Positions 52,792 to 64,000 of a stretch of 64,000 nucleotides of DNA are shown here, piece by piece. The notes beneath the pieces are model-generated. The model saw only the letters and a program-made list of their open reading frames with translations, made no database searches and was not told the origin of the DNA. This DNA comes from Dimorphilus gyrociliatus (taxonomy: Eukaryota > Animalia > Annelida): the NCBI GenBank assembly GCA_904063045.1, contig CAJFCJ010000006.1:2098946-2162945 (forward strand), written 5' to 3'. Numbering within the stretch: the stretch's first letter is position 1; the number at the start of each line of letters is the position of its first letter. The position numbers and the translations under genes were made by a program.

Positions 52792-54335
52792 ATCTAGCTA
52801 TATATCTGTCTCTGTCTTTTATTTAAATATTCGCATCTATTCCTAGCAATGTTTTGTACTATTCATGAATATTAAATTATACAAATTACATAGATACACT
52901 TATTTATGTAAATAGTGAATAGTAGTATTCTTGAACACTATTACAAGATAATCTATAATAATATAAACATACGTCTCTTAAAATTAGTTGCTTCTTTAAC
53001 CTAGAAAGCAGTATTTCATTGGTAAATATAAGTCTATTTTGAACGAGATAACAGATTTTCAAGTTAAATTTAGCCGTATTCTCGATCTATTTGTGGTGTA
53101 TTTTCTCAAATTCAATCGTATTAATAACCAACAGAGTTTTTTATTGAGCGCTATCAAGTTCCTTCTCATATTAATATTATTATTATGTTTCATTCTGGAT
53201 TACTAGGCGGCGCTACTACCCGAGAAGGGAGAGAGACAGAAGGAGAAAGAAAAAAGCTACACTGTGATGAAATTCTCTTGCATCTTATATTGACGATAGA
53301 TGGCGGACGCAGTCGGAATATGAAAAAAAAACTAAATAAATATAATATCATATTAAACAGAGCGAGACACGGCTTTTTTTATTGACGAATAAAAAGAAAT
53401 CTTAATAAATAGAATATGTATCTCTCTGAACCTTAAGGACAAACGCACTAGGTCAAGGAACTTTCTTCTCTCCTTGCTTTATATCATTGACTTGATATTA
53501 AAGACATTGCATGAAATATGATTTTGCAATTGGGTTATTGAGTATAAAAGAGGGCATTCGTCCTTTGTATATTTATATACTTAAGAAAATGAATCTTTAT
53601 ATCCTTTGAAGAGGGACGGAAAAATGTACAAATTTATATAGTTCTCATTTTTTATTCTTTTTTTCCCTTTAAGTAATTTTCCATGATATTTACACGAATA
53701 ACAGTAAGATCGTGAATAAATTTGAGCAGCGTTTACCCAAGATTATAAGGATTACATAAGAAAAAAAAGTTTAGAATAACGAAGAAAAAAATATCGGCAT
53801 TTCTTTTCCTCTAACTGAATCCTAATTCAAGGGATAAGACTGGACTAGAAGAAGGGAGGAGACTAGTCCTTACTTTCACGTCACGTTCTACTAGGACGAA
53901 GAAAAGACAAGATCTATATGTAAGGGATTTTTCTCTTTATTTGTATTCAGATATATAGATCAAAATCGTCGATTATTTTTCATTAATAATGTTAGAAGTT
54001 AAAAATATTTAGTCGGTAGATGGCGCTCTGACAGAGGATTGAATTGATTTAACAGGACGCCTATTGAATTTGATAGAAGTAGGCGTCATTTTAATGAACA
54101 GTATTTTCTGAAAGTAGAAATTTAGAAATTTTCGATAACTATTAAATTATGCTCCATGTTTAAAAAAAAAAGCGTGGTTTAATATCTATAGAAGCTTATC
54201 ACTGTTTATTAAAGCTATTGAAGAAAGCAACCTATTTGTGCATCTTAGAAACGGCGTCGGCGGCGTCGATTATGATAATTACAGCAACTCGGTCACGTGA
54301 CAGTTGGTAAGCGCGCCTTCGTTCGTTCAGGCCGA

Positions 54336-57300
54336 ATGAGAAGGAAATTTGACTGCATGGATCGGCGAAAGTCGAAATTAGCCGATCCGGACCGCTTGTG
54401 GAAGTTGGAAAATGCAGAAATTGAGGAGAATGCCCTTTACAAATATCTCAATAATCAAAATGGTGGTAAATTAATTGATTGTTATTCCGAAGGCGGAGAG
54501 GAAGCCATAGAAAAAATGATCTCTTCCGAAATTGAACCTTTCCTCTACAATGGAGGAAAAGGTAAAATTTTAACGAAATTGGAATTTGTCCAGTGGAGGA
54601 ATAGGTGTTCCGCAAAGAGACAAGGGCAAACTCTCATAGATACACGATCTGAGGAGGAAGTTTTGAACGAATTTCAAGATTCTTTTGAAACACATCTGGC
54701 CTGTTGGGATATAAACAAAAGAGGTGTTCTCGGAGAGACAGCCCTACATATATGCTGTCTTCACGACACGCCAATTCACTTTGAACTAGCTAAAATATTG
54801 GTTAGACTTTATCCAAAAATGGTTCTAGATGTATACGAAGGCAAGGAATACTATGGACAAAGCGCTCTACACTTGGCTGTCGTATCTGGGAATCTTGATA
54901 TGGTAAAGTTATTGGTTGAAAATGGTGCTATGATAAACCAACGCGCTTCCGGTCCGTTCTTCCTTCCGGAGGACGTTAAGCGTCAAAAGAAGACGATCTC
55001 CACTTCGAATTACGCAGGATACGCTTATTTCGGGGAATACGCTCTAGCGTTTGCAGCCTGCTTCGGCAGGGAAGATATCTACGATTATCTTGCAGAAAAG
55101 GGGGCCGATCCAAATTTGAAGGATACTCTTGGCAATTGCGTTCTTCATATGCTTGTCATCAGTAATCAACTTGTAAGTCCTTACTGATACTTTCTCATAC
55201 TTGGATAAACCTCGCAGTTTATCCGAAATAACCTTAATCATTTCGATACGGCTAGCACGATATTCTTTTAATCTAGCTCATCTATTCCGTTAAGAGTTCC
55301 CCGCTTCGGCGGAAAAAAATAATAAATCGAAGTAAATATCGACTGTTTGCGGCGTTACTAAAGTAACGCCTGTAAACAAGTAAAAGCTTTCATAGGCCTA
55401 ACATTTTGATGAAATGAATTGAATGATCGTTTTTAAATACTTGACTATTTTGTTTTGTTTTGTTTCTGTTTAATGAAAGGTTTTGTTCGTGTTTCACAGG
55501 GTATGTATAGTTATGCTGTAAGACATCCGAAAAAGAAGGCGCGCGTCGAAATATCGAATGAAGCAAATTTGACGCCGTTAACACTTGCATCGAAGTTGGG
55601 TCGAAATGAAATTTTTAAGGAGATTATCGAATTGCAGAGCGTCGTAAGTATTGAACGTTAAACGCCGTTAATTGGATCAGAATGTCAATATTTGCCAAAT
55701 CTGATACGTAGAATGGGTCTTTGTAATTTATTGCGTTTATATTTATCAATATCATGTCGTTTTTTAAAGCGTCTCTTTCCTGTTTACAGGAAATTTGGAG
55801 ATATAGTAATATCACCTGCTCCACTTATCCGTTAGCTACTTTAGATACTATAGGGCAGGAAGGGAAGACGAGTGAGTAAACGAAATGATTTAAAGTAAAA
55901 TTGCTATCAAAAGCTTGACTGAATATATAAATAATCAATTTAGACTGGAGTTCGGCCCTAATGTACATAACTGATGGTGAGACTGAAGAACATTTAGAAA
56001 TGCTAGAGGGAGGCGTTATTAAGCAGCTTCTAGATGAAAAGTGGAAGACGTATGCAAGGCGGAGATTTTTCGAGCGTCTGGTGCTAGCTGTCCTACATCT
56101 GATCTGCCTAAGCGTCGCCATTTATACTCGTCCTGGTACCGATCTACTAGGTCCAATCGATAAGATAAACATTGTAAGTCATTTAGCTGGGAAGCATGAG
56201 TGTTTCCACTATCGTCACTTATCCCTCTTTTTCCTCTCTTATTTCTTTTGTCGATTATTGTAAGCGTTAAACAACTTGTATACATATTTCTCAATGCTCC
56301 ACGTGCAGTATCTTATCTTTGTTGTTATTGATACTGTAAACTTCCTTCCTAGCTCCGATAAATTTATTCGCTCATAGTGACCCTCTAATATAACTCAAAA
56401 CTAGAGAATTACTAGACAAAAGATAAAAGATAAAGATATCGATCAAGACGTTCGTTTAATTTACTTATAACCCCCGCTATTTTTTCCAGGTTCGTTATAT
56501 AGCTGAGATTATATCTACTCTAAACTGTTTCATTAACCTGGCCATGTACTACGATGAAGTGAAATCGCAAGGGATTGTTGAGTTCTTTAAAAATCAAACG
56601 TCGGCCCCAGCCAAAATGATATTTAATATATCATGTGCTCTAATCCTCTCTTGTGTACCCATGAGATTCCTAAGGCTGGAAGGAGTAGAAGTGGTTTTGT
56701 TGGCCATAGCGGCACCGTGTGCCTGGGTCCATCTACTCTTTTTTGCTAGGTAAGTTAATTATGATGGTCAATTTAAACGCCTCTATACTGTTTCCCTCTA
56801 TCATTCTATTACTAAATATATATATATTACATATCTTTTACCTCTAAACTATGCCTTGATCGTTCAATGTTGTACAATAAAATAAGAGAATACGTTTTAA
56901 TTTTTTACAGGGGAGTGTCCCTACTTGGTCCATTCGTCATTATGATTTATAAAATGTGCGCGTCTGATATGGTGCGATTTATATTCATCTTCGGTGTCTT
57001 CCTCATCCAATTCTCCCAAGGTGATTAAAATCTCTCTTAATCAATGTTTTTAAATTTTATTGATTTATTCTTATTATTTTTCTTTCTCTAAACGCATTTA
57101 TTAATTAGTTTTCGTTATAATTTCATCACAAAATCAATAGAGAAAAGTCACTTAAATGTAATTTCAATTTTTAACCTTTAAAAACTAATTAATAATTTAA
57201 TTATAGGATTATAAATGTTGCGTGTTTACTTGTGTTTGTTTATGCATATTTATTGCATTTGTAGTAAGTATGCAAATTAGAATATCTTATATATTACTTA

Positions 57301-57817
57301 AAAGTAATGACATTCTAACATTTAAATTGTTTTTCTCTTGTGTTGAAACCCAAGCTCTATTTCTAAAGATTATCAATAATTATATTAAACTACTTTTATC
57401 ATATGTAATTTTTAGCTGTAAAACTTAATTATTTAGCTTATAATTAACTATGTTAACGCTAATTATCATATATGTTTATACTAACAATGGTTTCGAATAT
57501 AAGAAATGCTTTATTAGCAATTGTTTAATATCATATGATTACTTTTTTGTTATGTATAATGTATAATTTTATCCAATAAGATAGTTCAATCATTTAAAAG
57601 AAAAATTTAAAATATTTAACAAAAGAGAAAATAGGATATAATTATTAAATAGTTCTCTTTTTTTCATTATAGTTGTTCTAGTTCTAGTGGGATAACATTA
57701 TAGAATTTATATGTTTTGCTTTGGTTAATTAATGGTTGAATGAGTTTTACAAGTGATTATAATTAATCAATGTTTTCTCTTAGGTTAAACTTGCCTATCT
57801 AGTGTTTTTTTATCTGA

Positions 57818-57853
<36 letters not shown>

Positions 57854-58814
57854 ATCTATCCATCTCTCACTCTTCATCTCCTTTACCTCACCCGCTCCTC
57901 CTCCTCCTCCGAATATTTTTCGCCCCTCCCATTCTTCATTTTTCTTCCTTTTAGAGTCTATCAACCAACTGGGCCTTGCGTTACGATGTTCTATAAAATG
58001 TTTTTTGGAGATATTAGAAAATTCGCTAGTATTTATATCATTTTCCTTCTCGGATTTACTCCAGGTGCACTTATTTTACTTATTTATATACCTATGACAT
58101 TTTTAATTCTCTTGTGTCTTTTGTTTCTCTTTTTTTTTTAAAAAAAAGAGAATTAAATGAAAATGTCCATCGCATTTCTTTTTGCACATATTTAATTATT
58201 TAATAGTTTTAGATTTAGTATTTATTTTTTGTTTTATGCTAGGTCTTTACTAAACTGATTAAATATCGATTACCTACATTTTTTATGATTCTAAGTAATT
58301 GACTTCCCTAGGTTTCTTCTTCCTTTTTAAGGATATTGAAGATCCAAATATTACAACCTTTAAAACGATTTTTGGTACATTAATGCAGTTGTTCCAAATG
58401 ACTTTGGGTGAATTCAAGGTCAGTTTTATTTTCTTATCATTATTCTGTTTAGTTTTTTTTTCTCTCGGCAGTAAAAGTTTATCAATTTTTCATTCGAACT
58501 TTTAAAAAAAAGAAGAAAAAACAGCAAGAAAATTAAATAAATAATAAAAAAAAAACACTAAAAGAAAACAGTTAATAGAAAGAGGAAACAATGAAAAATT
58601 GTTAAATAGCCGTCACCTAACACATTTTTGATAGGTGTCGCTTTTTACCAAACCGTGTATTTCCATTAACAATTTACTTTTGTTTATTTTTTGTAAATAT
58701 TATTTTTAATAAGTTCTTTACAGCGTAAATAAAAAAATTGTTAGAATTGGAAATTCAAGTGTTTGGGTGTTGAATTAAATGAAAAAAAAGTAACTGTTTA
58801 TATGTTATATACTG

Positions 58815-58864
<50 letters not shown>

Positions 58865-59950
58865 ATGTACAAATATACACCCACATTCATACATATATCA
58901 ATGTATTTAATTCTTTTTATAATAACTTAAAAAATGTCGTGAAAAACTAAAAGATGTTAAAAGAATCTTTACAAGTTCGATTAAAACGACAAAACATTCA
59001 TTTCGAACATAAAAATTTTTCAATATGTTTATTTATTTATTTTTCTACCCGTTTTTTTTTTGCCTTTAATTTTTTTTATCCCTTTTGTTTCTTCGAGAAA
59101 AAAAATCAAAAGAAATGTAAGAACAATAATCTCCCTTCCTTTAGAAAAACTTTAGGCCTAGATTATTAAACAGACTTCACAATTAATGATCGAAGATCAA
59201 TCAACGCACCCAAACACTTAAATTTGCCAATACTGCTATTATATACCGACTACCAATCGATATAATTTAGTAACTAATTATCTTAGTTGCCAGTCACGTG
59301 ATTTTTAAATTTGCATATTCGAGCAGACTTCGAAAGGAGAATTAATTAAGGTGACGCCAGAAAGACTTTTTAAGTTGTTTTTGTTGCTACTTTTTGTCTT
59401 GTTTTTATTTTTTATCATTTCCCTTTGTTATTTATACTATTTTTTTATTGTTTAGTTTTTTATATGCTATATATACTGTATCATTTTCCAATATTTCGAA
59501 ACAAACTATCACACACAACTCTTTAATTATTCTGCTTTGGTCTATAAACACAATCTAGGCCTATGTAAATAATAAGGAAGGAGTTTCTGGCCATTTTTAA
59601 TTAATAGATATTAGAAAAAGAAAACAAATAGGATAGGATAGATAGGCAGATAGATAGAATTTTTTGAATGTTAATCTATTCATAACTATTCTCAACTGTT
59701 AAAGAGCATTACTAATTTGTAATTAGATAATAAATACCCGTATTTATATATAAATATATATATTTTTGTTTTTCCAATATTTATGAATCGGGGGGAGACT
59801 CGTTCAATTATTTTAATTTAATATTTGTAGGACAGCCATTAGAAGTTTCTAGCAACACGTTTCTTTACAAACATTATCTCTCTTTTTATGGATATATGTA
59901 AAGTCATTAGTCGCTGTTTACAATAATTTACAAGTATTGTATAAAAAGGA

Positions 59951-60019
<69 letters not shown>

Positions 60020-61366
60020 GAGAGAAGGAGATAAAGAGAAATAAATAAAGAATGTTATTGAAAAAACTGTTAGATCTAGCTATTGGACCATTTTTAGTCC
60101 AATGTAATCAAGAAATCGATAATTTTCTGTGTAAAGAGAATTATTCAATTTCTTTTTTTGTCTTGAGGAGTTTTCTTTAGTATTTTTTTCATTCCTTCTC
60201 TATTTTTAGGAGAAGGAAGATAAAGCAGTTTTTTTTGACAGAGAGATACGAATTTTTTCTTCCAATTTCATCAATAATTTTTTATTATTTTTTTCCTCTT
60301 CTTCGGCAAAAATTTTGTGGAGTTTGATCTATTTTTTGCACAGAACAAACAAACAAACAAACAAACAAGCAAACAAACAAAACATACAATGAAAATGCCA
60401 AAAAAAAAATAACTAAAGATAAAAAAGAGATAATAAAACTTTATCAGTTTTTATGTCTTCTTAATTATGTGACATAAAATAATTAGAAATCTCTAATTGG
60501 TTCATATTCGCTCTTTACTATTCATAAAATAATTAACTTTATTATTATAATTATTAATGATAAGTTTGTTTATAAAAAAAATACAGTATGAAGATTTTGA
60601 TGCGACCCGAATGCCAATTCTAACAAAGATTGTGTTTGCTGTGTTCGCCATCTTGGTTCCAATTCTTCTACTTAACATGCTTATTGCTATGATGGGTAAT
60701 ACGTATCAGATGATCATTAGTAGATCTGAGAAGGAATGGACAAGGCAATGGGCAAAGATAATGATTGTTATTGAGAGAACATTTGATGCAAAAAGACTAA
60801 TGAAATACCAAGAAGAGTACTCAGTTGCTTTTCAGGCTGGAGGAGAGAATGCCAGAGGTTTGATGGTAATAAAAGCATCAAATAAAACTAAGGCTAGGCA
60901 ACGGAAAGGAGCAATAGCGAACTGGAAGAAAATGGTCTATATGGTCAAAAAACTGCTGAAGGAGGCTAAGCAAACGGGCAATCCCCCTGCTTTCGCTCTG
61001 TCAAGGAAAAAGTCCACATTGAACAAGATTATGTTAGAAGAACCACCTGCATTGGATATGGATAACTCTGGTTTATTGGGAGCTATGGCCCAGCTGGCGT
61101 GGGAAAAAGACATAGATCTAGCTCCAATATCAGGAGGTGAAAGTGATTCCAAAAAAAGAAAACAATCGACATCGGGTTCCGACTGTCCAACATCAATTGC
61201 CCAACAACTCTTGAATGATGAGGAATTGAAAAATCCTCACCCTCGACCACCATCTGGTAAGTCGTTGGCCAAGAGGTCTTCCAAAGTGACGCCCGAAAAC
61301 TCGGTTAGCCCGTCACCTGATTCCGGCGTCTCTAAGTCATCAAAACGTAGTGCAAGGACGTTTTGA
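54336..61366 (+). CDS. iav/osm-9: TRPV channel, Inactive/OSM-9 subfamily
   Basis: Ankyrin repeats ([31 protein letters not shown]), [18 protein letters not shown], pore FQMTLGEF, S6/TRP box [27 protein letters not shown], and [24 protein letters not shown] typical of Iav. Confidence 0.95.
56911..57020 (+). CDS. iav/osm-9: TRPV S4-S5 linker/S5 exon, variant A (110 nt)
   Basis: ttttttacag|G...CAAG|gtgatt; encodes (R)[36 protein letters not shown](G). Confidence 0.9.
57955..58064 (+). CDS. iav/osm-9: TRPV S4-S5 linker/S5 exon, variant B (110 nt)
   Basis: ttccttttag|A...CCAG|gtgcac; encodes (R)[36 protein letters not shown](G); same length and phases as A. Confidence 0.82.
59953..60019. repeat. 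(GA)n microsatellite, the longest of many GA/CT tracts in the window
   Basis: Direct reading; similar tracts near 24033, 37340, 41880, 44290, 47648, 50495, 52758, 57822 and 63975. Confidence 0.95.
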
Positions 61367-63150
61367 TCAGTGAGCACCAGACTAATAGTTTACTTGAACT
61401 TTTATTTATATTAAGAAAGAATATACAGTATATAAATATATATATATATATATTGTCGATGTAACGCTATCTGCAGGCACTTCATTAAATTTTCAAGCTT
61501 TAATCGCATGCAAAAAAAATAAATCTTCGTCTCTTCTAAAGAAAAAAAAACTAAGGAAACAGAATACACACCTCATTCTAATTGCTTTTCTATTCTTAAT
61601 CCTATTCCATTCTATTCTCATCATTGTTACGGAAACGAACGGTGAACATTTTTCTTTATAATTAAAATTTTCTTTTACCATTATCATCATTAATGTCAGG
61701 TCACTGCCACAAGCTTTTCATCATTATCTTCATACCAATATTGTCTATGATTTTGTCATCCTATCCATTCTTTTTTTAATTGAGAATTAAAATAAAACCA
61801 AAACGAAAACAATATTGGCATCAATTTAATTAATTATTAATAAAGCTTTTAAAATTCATTTATAATGACTATTTACCTAAATTTATTCAAGGGAGCAAAG
61901 TCTACAAAAAACAAAACTGCTATATTTACCATATACCTATCATTAATTATGCATATCTCATTACTCTTCGTTAATTATTCATTAACCTAATTTAACTATT
62001 AATAGAGTTTGTATTAAACGTAAACAAATTTATGTAAAATGAAACATTCGACTTTTCATGTTTTGCTGAATTGATTGAAAGTTGTTTGCTATTTGCCTAA
62101 AGTCATATTTATAAATTGAAGACTGCTTTTAGAAAGTTCTTAGTTATATAGACGTATAAAATATAGATCGGGCAATCTTCTTTAAAAAGCTTAGATTGTT
62201 CGCTAAGCGGTCATTTGCTAAAAAGCTTTTAATATAGGCAGCTTTAAAAAACGTTCTTTCAACAAGACAGTCAAGACTAGAGAGTATTTTGATTTTCTTT
62301 TTCTTTTAAAAAAAAAATCAATCTATTTCCATTTACTTTTTCCTTATCATATTGCAAAATGTCATATATCTTCCTTTTTTTATTTCCCCGTTATCAGTAA
62401 TAATTTAAAACAATGGAATATGTTACCTTACTTTTTATACCTATAAAGTTGTTAAACCCATCAAAAGGAATAAAATTATAGATATACTATATACGTATAT
62501 ACTAGCATACATATAATTTCTAAGAACTTGTATCGTTTCTGAAATATTGAAAAATGATATATCATTAGCTATCTAAATTTATTTTATCTCCCCCCTTCCC
62601 AATCCTATGTTTTTGCATTCGATATTTTTTACATTGTTGTTGACTATTGACCCAAAGTTTCCCTAGGTGAACGTTTTTATTGATAAAAAAAATAACAATA
62701 ATTACTGCTAAGTGTGAATAGCGACACCTTCCTACATTCTAGTAAGTATTTATTGAATATTCAATTTTTTTTTTGTTTATTGGAATATTATTTTCTTTTT
62801 ATATTTATATTTATATTAATATATTACTATATACAGTTTATATCCAATCTTTTATGCAACGTAAACAAATATACATAGTTTTGTTTCCAATGTGAAAGAT
62901 GCCAACTAATTATTATAGGGAAAAAAAGTTATACAAAAGAGTTTATCTTCTTTCGTTGTACTCCCTCTATCGGGTAAATAAATCACCCACCTGTCGACCA
63001 TCTTGGCGATATATAATTTCTGCTAATAGACACTGCAAACAAAGCACGAACCGATCGACCGTTGCTTCCTTGACAACCGGCTTTGGCGTATACACAAAAA
63101 AGAACATATTTCCACTTTGTTCTCGCTTTTATGTAAATAATGAACGAATT

Positions 63151-63937
63151 ATGGGTATGAACAAGGTGGACATTGTCGGAACTTGGGTAAGTAGAACCGC
63201 TTTAGCTTAATTTAATTAATACTCTGATCACCTTAATTAACACTAAGTATTCTCTTCAATTTCCTCTCTAGTATCCGACCAGCTTTCATGGCCATGCTCG
63301 GAACAAGACCAGATATGACTTTCAAATTGATTACAGACAAAGAGCCAAACCAGAACCACCTCTGAAGTTTCTTAGTAGGTCTAGACAGAATATTAGTAAG
63401 CATCCATTTTCTCAACACGACAATCGGCATTCGTTTCTCTCCGATGCTTTATACTTTGAAGAGGGACTTGGTCGAAGGAGAATAGATAACTCAACATGTA
63501 AATCTGAGGTAGACTTATTAGATTGGAAACCTGTAAAGACAGACTTTTCAAGGCAGTCATCTGAATATAAGTTTGCTTATTCTGGAAAACCGGTTGTAAA
63601 TCGTTTAGTTAATGATTTAAAGAGACCAAAAACAGCCAACTTTAAACCCTTTTCAACATCTTACTCATCTGTACATGGAAATTGTACTTGGTTTCGCAAT
63701 GAACCTATCAGGAAGCCCAACGACGGTGATACAATAACCAACAGAAGGAGACGAGCTGTATCTGCCCATCCCCATTTAGACACAGTGGCAGCATGCCTAT
63801 CTTGGACTTCGTCCGAATTTGTACCAAAACCTCCGTCGTACAAAAGATGTAGTATACCTGCTGCTACTCAGACAACGATGCCTCCAACCGAAAAAGAACC
63901 GGTATCGCTTGAACCAGCAAAAGCTCGGACAGTTTGA
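63151..63937 (+). CDS. HDNR-motif protein, C3orf84/TEX36-like, ~233 aa
   Basis: Exon 63151-63186 (MGMNKVDIVGTW|GTAAGT) plus exon 63272-63937 (222 codons including stop): YPTSFHGH...YRQRAKPEPPLKFLSR...HPFSQHDNRHSF...EEGLGRRR; family assigned from recalled C3orf84 similarity. Confidence 0.8.
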
Positions 63938-64000
63938 AAAACTTGCAAAACATTTTTATTTTTACTTAATAACTCTCTCTCTCTCTCTCTTTCCCTCTCT

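Noticed and set aside
54307-54330. GTAAGC...TTCAG pair just before the TRPV ATG
   Set aside because: Only 24 nt, shorter than any credible intron in this window; possibly separate sites of other UTR splice forms.
58419-60586. Search for a duplicated pore-loop or S6 exon in the large TRPV intron
   Set aside because: No second TLGEF-like or S6-like exon was found by eye.
62899-63210. 103-aa ORF from the track
   Set aside because: It covers promoter/5' UTR sequence and runs into the intron; only its last part (MGMNKVDIVGTW) is real exon 1 of the HDNR gene.

Overview
Eukaryotic (animal) genomic DNA: very AT-rich, gene-dense, with many 40-60 nt GT-AG introns and GA/TA microsatellites. The gene content looks bilaterian and the architecture suggests a compact lophotrochozoan genome such as the annelid Dimorphilus gyrociliatus (inference, not verified). 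I reconstructed about 16 protein-coding genes by hand: a 5'-truncated C2H2 zinc-finger protein, pyruvate kinase, an unrecognised spliced ORF, HDDC3/MESH1, a myristoylated neuronal calcium sensor, glomulin, NTE/PNPLA6-7, a LEM-domain membrane protein, FHAD1, spermidine synthase, an SZRD1-like SUZ protein, TPRG1-like, EFHD2/swiprosin, a two-TM kinase-less guanylate cyclase, a KLF1/2/4 factor in a ~15 kb gene-poor region, an Inactive/OSM-9 TRPV channel and a C3orf84-like HDNR protein absent from the ORF track. The top observations are two exon duplications. The TRPV gene has two homologous 110-nt exons encoding alternative S4-S5 linker/S5 segments, which cannot both be included in frame. Pyruvate kinase has two homologous last exons encoding alternative allosteric C-termini. 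Also notable: a probable NIT-type guanylate cyclase, three perfect MEF2 sites in the KLF2/4 gene and CTCF/YY1-like motifs around the KLF region. No rRNA, tRNA, CRISPR array or intact mobile element was recognised. Splice sites and phases were checked by eye; no database search was run.
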